Source: Raillietiella orientalis
Taxonomy: Eukaryota
Reading direction: 5' to 3'
Assembly (NCBI GenBank): GCA_036172245.1
Contig: JAYWIR010000014.1
Location: 3,286,001-3,350,000, forward strand
DNA length: 64,000 nucleotides
Shown: positions 52,608 through 64,000 of the stretch, in pieces
Position numbering within the stretch: position 1 is the first letter of the stretch
Layout: each line of letters starts with the position of its first letter
Notes under the pieces: generated by a model
Seen by the model: only the letters and a program-made list of their open reading frames with translations
The model's database searches: none
Told to the model about the DNA's origin: nothing
Translations under genes and position numbers: made by a program

Positions 52608-52895
52608 ACCCATGACTAGTTATGCATCATACGCATAACCTATTATCCCACTCATTACTCCCGAATCCTTAGGATAAATCACTCGCATTCCCACTATCAT
52701 TCTCAGCATAATTACAGAATTCAACTTATAATCTACCAATTCATGATTATCCTCAACTACGGACTTGAACCCATCATTGCTGTACTACCCTCATCCTCAA
52801 CTTATTTGGTCTCTCCCGCCATTTCACTCCACCTGAAATCTTATGCTCAACCAGAGTCACATAAGCCACACTCTGCAACACCCCCTCAAAAGCCC
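52608..52895 (-). pseudogene. nad1: NUMT: nad1 5' segment
   Basis: GVLQSVAYVTLVEHKISGGVKWRESPNKL (cf. [28 protein letters not shown]), ending LCVWCMTSHG at the 28S junction. Contains stops and frameshifts. Confidence 0.8.
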
Positions 52896-52954
52896 CTCTC
52901 ATCACCATCAGCACATTTTGCAATTCTCCTCAGCCAACAAATTTTCCAGCTTCA

Positions 52955-53570
52955 CGATCTTTTCGTACTAAGAAAGTTCATCACCGTTTAAAGATGGGAA
53001 CCCGGTCCAGCTTACGGCGATATTCGAACTCAAATCATGTGGGACTTTCAGCCGAACAGATTGCTCCCATAAGTCTACACCTCGTGGATGCCCAATTCAC
53101 ATCGAGATCGCAGACTGATACATCAGTTCGAACACTCCGTGAAAATTACTCTGCTATCCCTCAGGTAACTTTTCCTCTGTTTCAAGATCACCACCACTTT
53201 ATAACTGAATCCCTTAACCACCAAGATTCATTCTCCATTATCCTCCCCAGACAACGTCTTCCTAAAGTCGCACCGTATCACCATCCCTCTAATCTTTAAA
53301 AAGACACCTAGTTCTAAAGGGTATTCCCTCTCCCTAAACCACTCACTTTAGATTTTTCACTATACTATTAAATTCAAGTTCACAAAATAAGGCAGTTTTT
53401 ATCCACGCTACCAACTAAATAGCTAATTATTTTTGCTATCTTAGCCACAGTCAAACTACCGCAGCCGTTTGGTAACACAACGAGTAGACCTTACCTTATA
53501 CTATTCATAAGGAAATGTCTTTAAGAAACATTTCCAGTTAATTTTTGCCAAATGCCTCATCGTATCCTCA
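52955..53570 (-). pseudogene. rrnL: NUMT: mitochondrial 16S rRNA (rrnL) 3' half
   Basis: Collinear reverse-strand matches: CTTTTCGTACTA, GAACTCAAATCATGT, CCGAACAGA, ACATCGAGATCGCA, TGCTATCCCTCAGGTAACT, CACAGTCAAACTACCGCAGCC. A possible trnL remnant lies at ~52905-52945. The distal boundary is approximate. Confidence 0.85.
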
Positions 53571-56500
53571 CCTCACGCTTTTTCCCAACTCTTACTAATT
53601 AAAACATTATTTCATATGAGCCATTATCAATTATCTTCCATGCATGCGATGCCTCAGAAGTCAATCCTAACCCAGCATTAAGCGAGAACACTCTCCCAAG
53701 GTCAACATGCGTGCTGCACAATATGCGTGTTGTCACACAATCTTCTTTTCAATAATCTGCACGGGGTGTGCATCCTGCAGTCAAAGTGCGGTCCCTGAAT
53801 TCTGCTTTCCATCAGAGAACGTTCTGCAATTTGGTGGTCGGAAGGGAAGGTCACAGAAGAATGTTGGCAGTATATAGAGAAAGGTGTCTTCATCAGAGAA
53901 AGATAAACGGATAAATGGGAAAGACAGCAGCGTTTGCACATTGAGAGCGGTTGAAGGATGACCACCTAGACGATCCCACAACTTCAGCAGCGGCAAGCAG
54001 TGGTGATCACACGAATCGCCTCGTTTAAACAAACAAATGCGTAAGTGATTTCTCCATGAGGAAAACTTGGACACCACCAACTGCGGGCATTCGATCGTGC
54101 ACGTCATGCACAAACACCGCCAAGATGAGCTGTCAGCCCTCTAGGAGAATGAGCACCAACGAAAACTTTCGGAGAGTCTGCAGCGAATTTTTTTGATAAG
54201 GGAGAGGCTGGCTACAGTGGATGACGGCTGCAGGAAAGAAACCTGGATGCATCATCAAGAACCCGAAAGAAGGCACCAAAGCATGCAGCGGGAACACAAG
54301 TGGTTCCTGCCAACCAGGAAGCTCGAAAGTTTTACCAGCACAGCTCTGCTGACGTTTGGTTTGTGAACGTTAGGATCGAACGGTCGCATCTCCAGGGATC
54401 ATCAGAAACCCCGTGGGCCCAGCGGCATTGGAAGATCCCGTGGAGTAAAGTAGAGAAATTCAAATCTGCTATACGCAGTAAACTCAGAGGCCCGCTGTCA
54501 GAGGGCGTCCTGCGAGGCAGTCTGGAATGCTCGACTCCATATATCCGATTCGTACAGACGGACCAGAGGTCTGTCGTAGGATTTCATCTTCTCCCTGCAC
54601 GCATTTCTCTTCCTTTCTGTACATCACATTTCGGATCCTCTGAAAAAAAGCATCAAGTGCGCGTGGGTTTTTTGAAATGACCATGGAGTCAACGCACCAG
54701 CACACAGATGGCTGAATGCGCACCTTTGGCGTTGCTAAGAAACTCGTGGAGTGTGATGCGAGGAGCGTTTGGGGAAAGGCGAGGGACTGCGCTCAAAAGC
54801 AAGATTAGAATGCATGTGAACTTCTCTTTCTCGGATGCATCTCCTTGCCTTCTGAATTCCTCCCGGTACTTTGGTACTACCAATGGGCGTGTGGCTGCTG
54901 AACGGGGAAAAAAACCAAAAAAACTGTATTGACCGCTGAACCTTAAAATTCGGTTCCTAGACAAGATGAGGAGCCAAAGGAGGACTACACCGTGAGTTTC
55001 TTTCTTCGACCACATGATGTAATGCTCCTTGCTATCTCCTGACATGAAAAGGAAAGAAAAAAATACATCTTTGCTGAAACATCATTCAGTAGCGTGTTTT
55101 TTCCTGCAACGAGTAATAGATCACTCTGTATCCACAAGAGTACATTTAGCACCTCAGCTGGTATTCGAATTCCCGTAACATGAGATCTCATGAATACGTT
55201 ATTTTGAATGATTTTCTTTCTACACCCCCACTGTATGTCTTTTGTGTCTGAAATGTAACATCTGTGGGAACTCTTTTCTAAGGCCTGCAGAAGTCGAAGA
55301 AAAACAGCGACTACGTACGCAGAACGCTCGTCGTTTCTAAAAAGAATTCACTCATTTGTTTGTTTCTTTATTTTTTTGCTCTTTTGCCGAATTCTTCTTC
55401 CGGCCGTGCATCGAACGAAGGTGCTCTTCCGATGAATGAGGTGGAAGTGGTGAGACGAAACCAGTGAATAAGCAGGCTGCTGTGTGGTTTACCATGTTGA
55501 TGCAAGAGATGGAGGCAGTGAGGCTCCTCAAGAGCGAACGAGGTTCTCCCGGTGGAAAGACCAAAGGCACTTGTAGAAGCCCGACAAAAAATTGGATTCT
55601 TCCCTAAAAATGTGCAAACAGGACTTGAGAACGAACGCAAATCTCCGTTCTTGTAGCTCACTTCGTACTTCATTATGGTTGCCTATTGCGTTTCGTTTGC
55701 TCTGTTGCATTTCCATTGGAGTTCCACTACAATGGAAATGCAACAGAGAGTACAGAAAGTGTAGGAGTACAGAAAGTCCCTCCCACATGTGTACACAAAT
55801 GGGAGGGACGATGACGTCAATCATTGTTGCCTGCTTGCCGTTCTCCCTGGCACTGAACTTCACGCACACCCATTTCCCTTTGAATTGCGATCTTTTCCAA
55901 CTTTTCCATCTTCTCGTGCTATTTATATTCTCCTCTGAATCTGCCTCTCTCATGGGGCATTCAGCAAACATTGAGTACAAATATGAGCCCCGGAGGTCAA
56001 GTACGCTTAGACGTCGTGGCTTACGAACAGTCTTACCAAGCCATCCGGAATGCCTCTTCAGAGGCAAAAAACCGGGAAATTGGGATATTCCCAGGAAAAT
56101 GTCCGTTTTCATGCATCACGAGGAGAATTCCATTAAATAAGAAATCATATCCAAGCGGGGAAAAAAAATGCAACTATCGAAATGGGGACGGCGATCTGGT
56201 GGGATCGTTAGACTGCACTTACTGCTTCGTAACCCATTCGACTCACACCGTGTAGAAGAATAAATGGAATCCGTGCGAGTTCACATTAAAAAGGAAAGCA
56301 ATCTTACTGATGCTTCTTGTAAACAAAGTGTAAGCAAAGGGATGGCGTGCAAAATTGCGGTCCACACTAAGGAATCCTGTAATGCAGAATACAATATATA
56401 TACAGCATCCGCAACACAGGATGCTTCAAAAAAAAGACTCAATGCAGAAAGGCCCTTTTCCATTCTTTGTGCTTCCCAGAGCAAAGCACTCGCTGAGCAC

Positions 56501-57009
56501 TCTCAAACTGCAAAGTCAAGAGCTTACAAACCTTGGGAAATCCCCTTTGGGGGCCACCGTGCTGTCTTTTACTGAAAGTTCGAGTCCGAAAGCAACCAGG
56601 ATCAGAGTTTTGGCAGAACGGCAGAAAATTTTTACTCTCCTCTAGCTTCGACGATCTCTTCCTTGCAAGGAACAGCAAGTATGAAAGGCAAAATACGCAA
56701 AGCACCACTGGATCAACGCAGATTAGGAAGGGAAAAAAACTCGAATCTCTGACTCGAACTTCTCTTCAAAGAAATCTTCGGTGAGCTGTTTCTGGGAGAG
56801 TATCTCATAGGATTCCTTCGTTTCATCTTCTTATGAAGATGCCTAAAGTAAAAGCAAATAGCTGCCACAACATTCGGGAAGGGAAAAACGTGATAGTCAG
56901 GACCAGCTCTTCCACGAACTGCAAGGACAGCCACAAACAACGGTAGCAGCATTAGCAGCCGGGTGCTCTGAACAGGATTCATCTTCAGTTGAGGTTGCCA
57001 TGCGATTGC

Positions 57010-57030
57010 TGTGTGTGTGTGTGTGTGTGT
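57010..57030. repeat. (TG)n microsatellite
   Basis: Read directly from the sequence. Confidence 0.85.
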
Positions 57031-57129
57031 AGGCCACACACTTATAATCTATAAAAAAAAAAACATCATCATAAGTTCCAAGAAAACTGTGAAACGCTCT
57101 TTTGGATTGGCAATAAAAAGCTTTTCTCT

Positions 57130-58310
57130 CCTGAAGTGAGAGAATGTTCTGGAAGAGATTGGTCAAGATGTAAATCTCTGAATACGAGTGAGGGGAAATA
57201 AGGCAAATCCTCAGTGGATTATCCCCATTGACCGGTTTCTTTCTCGGTGCCAGAAAATCCAAAAATAGCACTCCGAAAATGATGGTAGTTGCAAACAGCA
57301 TTGACCTTCGCACATTAAGACTGAGCATAAATCTGAAGAATCTGGAAATGGAGGCTCTGAGAATGTTAAAGGCCAGAAGCTTTAAAAGGGGGAATCCTAT
57401 GCCATCATTAGAAAGCATCTCGAGAATGTTCGATAAATTGTACTAGAGATCCCAATCAGAACCAAGCATATGAATTCATCTGTAAATTCATTCCTTCCTG
57501 TTCTTTTTCGCGGACTGATTTTTTCTGACCTGCTCGCCCACCGCGGGATCTTTTTGTCACGCTCCTATTGAGAGCGTTCTTCTGTCCGAAAGATCCTCGA
57601 ACAGATGTGATCAGGTGGACAGGGAAAAGCTGTTGCAGGGAGCAATCACAAAGAACACCTACAGAAAGTCTCTTGCTGTCAGCTGAGGGCACTCAAGACT
57701 GCACTCAACATGATCCTGGATGCTCCTTGCCCAACACTGGCTGGTTAGGAGACGATAGTTTTCGTTCCCTGTCAGGATGAGACTCGTTCACGACTCCTAC
57801 CGCTCCCTAATCAGACTCGATGTTTCCGTGTATCCGTGTGTGGCTAACCCCGTGGAACCTCGCGCTCCACGGGGTTAGCCACACATGCTTTGCCTGTAGT
57901 GTGCAGCCAGATGCAGCTTCCCAGCGCTTTGGGCTCCACTCTCGAAAATTCCTGCTCCGTTCTCTGCCATTTCCTGATCCATTCCTCGATGAAATTGTCA
58001 GATGCCCTTTGCAATGAACTCACAGGCAGGGAAGTAAAAGTTGCCGGGAATACCGAGATGATTCCTGCGTACCAGGAGGGGCGCTCATGACTTTCAAGCT
58101 CATCCCACTGGTTCGTCGAAGCTAATGATGTGCGTAAAACGTAAAACGGCAGAGGAGCAGTCCTTTCCAAGTCGTTTGTGGATGCAAGAAGCTTTCAGAT
58201 TCATGTTTCCAGGGATGCAGTCTTCGCAACCATGATGCCTCTCGATCATATCATGGCCTTCGAAGATACTGGAGCAGTTTCTGTAGCAGTTTCATCAGGA
58301 CATCAAATTT
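57130..58310 (-). pseudogene. Possible decayed LRR gene
   Basis: LRR-like echoes (ISVFPATFTSL, FSRVEPKALG, LTNLFQNILSLQE) in broken frames. Confidence 0.3.
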
Positions 58311-60696
58311 GAGGTGACGGGAGTCAATACGAGTGGGCAAAGAGACGCAGTGAACTTCTACTCTAGGAGCTGCATCTAGGTGAGATGAAAGCTCTCTTGC
58401 TTTCTTCATAGTGTCCTTGTTTTCTGATCATTTTTTTCCAGCACTTTTACAAGACTACGGTGGCATTCCTAAAAGCGTTTCCGGTATTCCATTCATTCCA
58501 GTTCACTTTCCTCGGACCAGGATGGCCTGCCTGACGTGCAGCAGATCCGCACTTGGGTGAATCTTTGATGTTCCCTGACGATTCGCAGCTCTGTGGGATC
58601 GGCGGAGCGACGCAGCAGGAACTCTCGCTTCCGGCTCACTTCCCAGGATTCAGTGACATGCGAAATAAAATAAAATAAAAAAACAGCCCTGCGAAAACGA
58701 AAAGGTGGAGAAGACGGAAAGGCAAATGGAATGCTACTCAGACGTCACCCGAAGCTACGGAGTGAAAACCCATCATTGATGTGAAGTAGACGCGCCTGGG
58801 AAGCAGTCGCCAAACATTCACTTCAAGCTCACTGCTGAGTGCTCGCAGCAGCATCTCAGGGAAGAGGCGGTTCCATGAAATGCTATCATCTACATGTTCT
58901 ACCCATTGACACCTTAGTAAATCAGAGTTTCGAGGAAGGTTTGGACGTTCCTTCTCTTCCGCATTCTTTGGGTAATTTCGGTTTCCTCACTGTTGGTGCG
59001 TTCGCTCCCTGAAGCAGCTTAGATCCCTAAATTTTACCCCCAACTCCTCGTAAGCTTTGGAGATCTTTTCTGTGCTCATAATGGACCTTGAATTTTATCT
59101 TCTCTTCCACCCCCAAGAACTGATCTGACCTTGGAAAAAAATTCCCCGAAATATCTCTAGGTGCTCACAGAGAGATGATCTTTCTACCTAGGTTTCCACA
59201 AGAACAGATTTCATTCATTTCTCCAAGAGTGGGAGCCCAGCATGCGAAGACGCAGACAACGAATGGAGGGCATCATTACGACTGCATCTTCAGCGGATGC
59301 TCATTTCCTGAAACAGCTGCCCATTTATTCAGAGCTGAAGCAGCAGCGCGTCGTTTCCGTTTGAGAAGCAGCTTCTGATGCGGGTGGCTCTTGAGCGGCG
59401 AGCCTCTCAGAGAGTCACTCTCCCTCTCCTTGGAGATCCGACTGCAGGATTGCTTTTGACGAAACTTCCTCGGTACCCATGCTCCGTGGACCGCATCTCC
59501 ACGAGATCTGCTTCTTCACGTTGCTCCAGACTCCATCTCTCCGTGAACCCGCTTCTCGGCTATCAGCTGTGTGAAAGCGCCGAGCCCTCTGGTGACGCGC
59601 AAGTGCCCATCTGCTCGCTCTGTTCTTGCCTCTGCTCTCCGTAGAGGCTTCGAGTTTACTTCTTTGAAGGGAGAAAACGAGGAGGCAAGACTAGAGGACG
59701 CCTCTCTCCTCTCTCCCTTCAGTCCAAGGTTTCGATAGCTGCACGTCTTCTCTTCCTGTGCTTTGCATCATGCGGATCAGATAAAGGCGGGAAAAACGAG
59801 ATTTGAATCGCAAATCCTGGAGTCGGCGAGGCGGACTCGGGAGAGCGAGCAGGGAGAGGACTATCCACCCGTTCCGCTGTAGCTGGAATTATGTCGGAAA
59901 GGCGCTTTCATCCCTGGTTGAGCTCCTTTGTAAAGTTCCGCAGCTCCAGAGTCATACTCGGATGATTTATCTTTGAAGAGTTCTCTCAACGTCATTCATT
60001 CCAGTCCGCGGTGCTCAACAAATGTGACTCCAGAGCCATAGGAAGAACCAGCGTTTTCGTGATCACCGGGGGCAAGCAAGGCAACGACCCCCTACCTTGG
60101 AAGATTCGGGTGAAGCGACCAAGCCCCCTCAGATCGAAAAGAAAGCCTTTTTTTTCTTTCTTTCTTTCCTTCTCTGCTTTGTTTTTGCCCAGCCCGCTGG
60201 ACGGCGACGCTTCGGGGCTCCTTTGAACCAATGGATTGCCTTTCCCGTTGGATTCGCCCTTGATGGCCCCTCTGCCACGGGAGTAGAGAGAGTTTAAATC
60301 TTCCAGAACTGGAACATCTCGTAAATTGTGATCCTCCGACGTCTGCTCCCTTCAAGCTCTCTTCAGGAAAACGCGGGATGCTTATGCGAGAGAAGGCGGA
60401 TTTGCAGCGGCTGGAACAAGAGACCCCCTGTTTCTTCACGAGCAGAATTCAACTCCGGAACCAATCCAGTCCATCTGAGATCAAGTAAGCTTAGGACTCC
60501 CGAAAACCTCCACGAGTTGTTCGCATCGCATCCAGTTCACTAAAAAACTTCGGAGGAGGCGGGCAAAACTGCCATTTTCTAATTTTCTGCTTCCCGATCG
60601 CTAGAAGAATCGACAATCTTCATCCTGCCTCCTTATCACTGGAAGCCGCACAAAAGATGACTCCGAGAACCACGATTCGTCCAGAAGTCCTCCAAG

Positions 60697-61611
60697 GTGT
60701 CCCCGAGGGTGTCCTACAAGCCCAGCTGCGAGCTGTTGGCCGAGAAGCTCATCGATCAGGAGACCCGGGGGCTCAGGGAGAGGGAAGATGAGTTGTGGAG
60801 GATGCGGGATAAGAACCAGCGCCCTCCCGACGGAGGAAGCCACTCCAGGAGCAACAGGAGCAGGATCCAGGGAGAGACCCCCATGGGGCTGGAGATACGG
60901 AGATTTCGAGGAGAGGGAGAGATAGCTGCGTTACAGGTGGGGGATTCACCACTCTGCGAGCAAGGAGGACGGACTATTCTGAACTGGAAAGATCCCATCA
61001 GTGATGCGACTCCAGCAGCAGCAGCAGCAACAGCCGCATTCCGCCTCCGCCTCCGGAAGCGCACAGCCGGTAGACCAGATCAAGGCAGGTTCCTCCCTTT
61101 CCACGCCCAGAGTCCCGGAGCAGCCCACTGCCTTCTAGACCGCTCGGATGATGCTGACTTAGGAACCGCCCACGATGTTCCGGGCGCGGGTGGCTCTAAG
61201 CGAGTCCAGGTGGCTGCCTGCTTCCCCGGGAACGCTCCCTCCGGGAGCCTGGAAAAAGGAAGCCCACTGCTGCGACACCGGCAACAGGACAGTGAACGAG
61301 ATGGTGGGTTGTCAGAGGCGACTGCGTCTTTGCTCCGCTCAGGGCTACCGCCTTCCTCTATGGGAAGGCGCATCCAGGAGGAGCTCCGGGAGATGAGGCT
61401 GCGGGAGGAAGAGCTGCACCTCCAGCGCAGCCACAGCCTGGAGCGCTCACAGCCAAACCTGGAGGCCGCTGTCGACGACGAAGAGAACGCTCTGGGCCGC
61501 GATGTTTCCGATGCGCTGCCCATCCCGGCGGTGACGCCAATGATCCCGAGGCCCGTCTCCGTGCTGCCACGGTTTCCCCTCATCGATCACTGGAAGTCCC
61601 GAATCCACTGA
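60697..61611 (+). CDS. Terminal exon or retrocopy of an AKAP2 C-terminal-domain (AKAP2_C/MISP-like) protein
   Basis: 304 open codons with two coiled repeats (AEKLIDQETRGLREREDELWRMR; RRIQEELREMRLREEELHLQR), SQPNL and terminal LIDHWKSRIH. AATAAA at 61625-61630. The ORF begins at GTG rather than ATG, with an in-frame stop at 60658, so it needs an upstream exon or is a pseudogene. Confidence 0.55.
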   Translation: MSPRVSYKPSCELLAEKLIDQETRGLREREDELWRMRDKNQRPPDGGSHSRSNRSRIQGETPMGLEIRRFRGEGEIAALQVGDSPLCEQGGRTILNWKDPISDATPAAAAATAAFRLRLRKRTAGRPDQGRFLPFHAQSPGAAHCLLDRSDDADLGTAHDVPGAGGSKRVQVAACFPGNAPSGSLEKGSPLLRHRQQDSERDGGLSEATASLLRSGLPPSSMGRRIQEELREMRLREEELHLQRSHSLERSQPNLEAAVDDEENALGRDVSDALPIPAVTPMIPRPVSVLPRFPLIDHWKSRIH

Positions 61612-62639
61612 TGCGGAGCCTGAAAATAAAAGAGGAAAAAAAAACAAACACGGAGAGAACCTTGCTCTACCACCGCTCCATGCATCCGTACAACTACGTC
61701 AGAGCGCCGTCGACTTATTGATTTTAGGAACGAAGTCAGCTAAGCGTGCACCTAAGGGTGCACCGTGCATTTGTACATACCCTGTATGTGAACATTACCT
61801 CGCTCCATATATACATCGCTTACCTAAGACTGTCGTTGCGCGCGTGTTACGATGGCTGACCTGTCGCAGATGCAATACTCGCTGGCTACACTACACTTGC
61901 AGATGACGAAACGAAGCTACTCTCATTTTCTAAATTGTGACTTCCGGGAGCCTTTCCTCAACGGGACTCGTCTCCTCCCGCAATACAACCAGGAGAAGCA
62001 GTCCTCTTTGACAGGTCGCCACGGTGCTCTTGCACGGAATCTTGTTGCGCTTCCAGTGTGATCATCCAGGCAGATGCAATCAAACAACGGTTACGCGGAC
62101 GACCTCACTTGCACGTGTTATAACCGAAACAAAGTCAAAGCCCATTCGATTTAGGCACTCCATATAGTAATTAATCGACGTTTGGCAATATAATAAATCA
62201 GCTATGAAAGGCAGCTAGAATCTATGGCGCATGGTTTTATAAATAAATAAATGAGCTGGATAACGATAAACCTATGTTATTTGTTGCACTGATTTACCTG
62301 TGTGTCCTGTAATTCACCAGAAACCCCTTGCAGTCCTTTTACGTGATAAACGGAAAACACATGCAAAGTTGTAAGGAAAATAAACACGATAAAACAGCGC
62401 AAGAATAGGGAAGGAGTCATGCCGGCGTTCGGGTTAGCTGGTCTCCACATCCAATCTTAAAAAGAATCCTCTGGAGGTGGCTTTTCAATGTTGTCTAAGA
62501 GTAAGCAGGGGCCAGATAGAAACCCTGAGGAAGGAATGAAATCCAGGTCACTAAAGTGGTGTGCAGTGAGGGCTTTGTCAGTCAAGGCATCTTGTTTCTC
62601 CTGCTTGGTCTCCTTTCGTTGTCACCACGGCGCATTCGC

Positions 62640-63620
62640 TTCATGATAACGGGTTCTCCACAAAGTCAACGTTCCCCACAACGCAGTTGCTATCGCAGTT
62701 GCATGTTGCTATCGAACTCACCAGACTGACACTTTGACTTTGGCCAAAGTGGTCTGAGCTCTTTGTGTTGACTGGGTTGAGTTGGCCTTCTTCTTCTTTA
62801 CAGTTTATCAGTTTCGCAAGAAAGGCAGCTCCGTGTCCGATGATGGAGGCGTTCAGAAAAGAATCTCCACTCGTAGTCGTGCTTCTTTGATGCTTAGTTC
62901 TGGAGGGCTGCTGAAACGCTTCCAATTTCGATCCCTGCGCTTTCTTCTTCGAAATTCATTCTACCGCAACGACTCAGTGGTTCATTCATACAGGTCGCAT
63001 CCTCATAGGTTCCATCTTGCCTCCTCGGGGTCAATATTCGTTGGGCTGCAGAGGTAGGTCAACTTGCACTAGTTTGTCCAGCACGGCCAGTTGTGTCACT
63101 CACTCTTCATCCTCTGCAACTCGAGCCTTCAGTATATCTTAAAAAATTTTCTGTGTTTCGTAGGGCTTCAGCACACTTTTGAACATAGACCTCGAGGACT
63201 CATAAAGAAAGGGGTCCAGTGAAGAAGCATTACTTGAAGATGTATGTGGATGAAGTGTATATTATCTTTTCGGGTTGACAGAAATGCCTGTCTGTTCGAG
63301 AAAAGATGACATGGATGTGCAAAAACATCTGTTTAATTGGCAAACAAGCAAAACATGCAAGGTATTCACGTATATTGAAGAGCAGTTTACCACCATTCCA
63401 GTCAACATGACCTCTACAAGACAATGCTGCTCTTCCTTCTCCAAAGATTTCTTGACACGACAAAACTGCTTGGCTCTCGTTTGTAGGGATACTGAAGCAC
63501 CGAGGCAAGTCATTACTTTCTCTTAGAACTTCAGAGCGTAGCTCCATTTTGTGCAGCGCCCTATGGCACCCAACAGAAACCAGCTCTAGAGAAAACAGGA
63601 ACCGATGGGATGTTTTTGCT
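62640..63620 (-). mobile_element. Decayed Mutator-like (MULE) transposase
   Basis: ESQAVLSCQEIFGEGRAALSCRGHVDWN resembles the MULE DxE..A..VFP..CxxH motif. Downstream VSLVSSIATCNC resembles a SWIM finger start. Many stops. Confidence 0.4.
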
Positions 63621-64000
63621 CTCTTGATTTCTTGTTCTTTCGCTATGGATTTGCTACTGCTGTTGTTATTGTTGGTAGTGGTGATTCTCCTCAAGATTGG
63701 AAGACGAACTGAAGAGCACCCTGATGTTTCATGATTCAAATACTCCATTACTATTTCCTTCAGCTGTTATTTGCTATATCTCATTTCTGCTGAGATCGCC
63801 GCAGATCGGAAGGGGCCAAAAAATCCCTTTTAGGGATCCTATAGAGTTCTCGGATTACCAAAAGTCTCGGAGTACCAAAGAGATCGATGCATCGAGACGT
63901 CCGGACGGTGACTTTCACATAAACAACGAACGAGATCCACAGCGGTATATCCAAGTGCTCTTAAAGGATACGAGCCACACGCACTCGGGTCTAATATTGT

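Noticed and set aside
52743..52991. Plus-strand ORF or nad2-like reading
   Set aside because: Better explained as the antisense of nad1, which matches clearly on the minus strand.
1..64000. CRISPR array, prokaryotic operon or defence system
   Set aside because: No regularly spaced repeats and no dense colinear ORFs. All recognisable markers are eukaryotic.
1..64000. Possibility that the window is synthetic or scrambled, given how eroded the protein motifs are
   Set aside because: Independent TSDs, covarying U4 stems in two distant copies, and nad1 resuming collinearly after the 28S insert point to real evolutionary history. Not formally excluded.

Overview
Eukaryotic, most likely arthropod, nuclear DNA. 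The U2 fragment has the GATCAAAGTGTAG variant I recall from insects, the 28S fragment is animal-type, and the mitochondrial order rrnL-(trnL)-nad1 is the arthropod one. The window is gene-poor and filled with heavily decayed repeats: L1/Tx1-like and RTE-like LINE remnants, probable MULE and hAT transposase remnants, and LRR-gene remnants. The one long credible ORF (60697-61611) resembles AKAP2 C-terminal-domain proteins. The clearest structure is a set of captured host-RNA fragments bounded by direct repeats: a 5' U2 snRNA fragment, two independent 5' U4 snRNA fragments cut at the same site, and a ~0.8 kb 28S rRNA fragment inserted inside nad1 of an old mitochondrial insertion (NUMT). A second NUMT (cob-like) abuts a LINE tail. 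I see no CRISPR array, prokaryotic system or intact novel multi-gene system. Protein-family calls rest on motifs recognised by eye in frameshifted sequence and need HMM confirmation.
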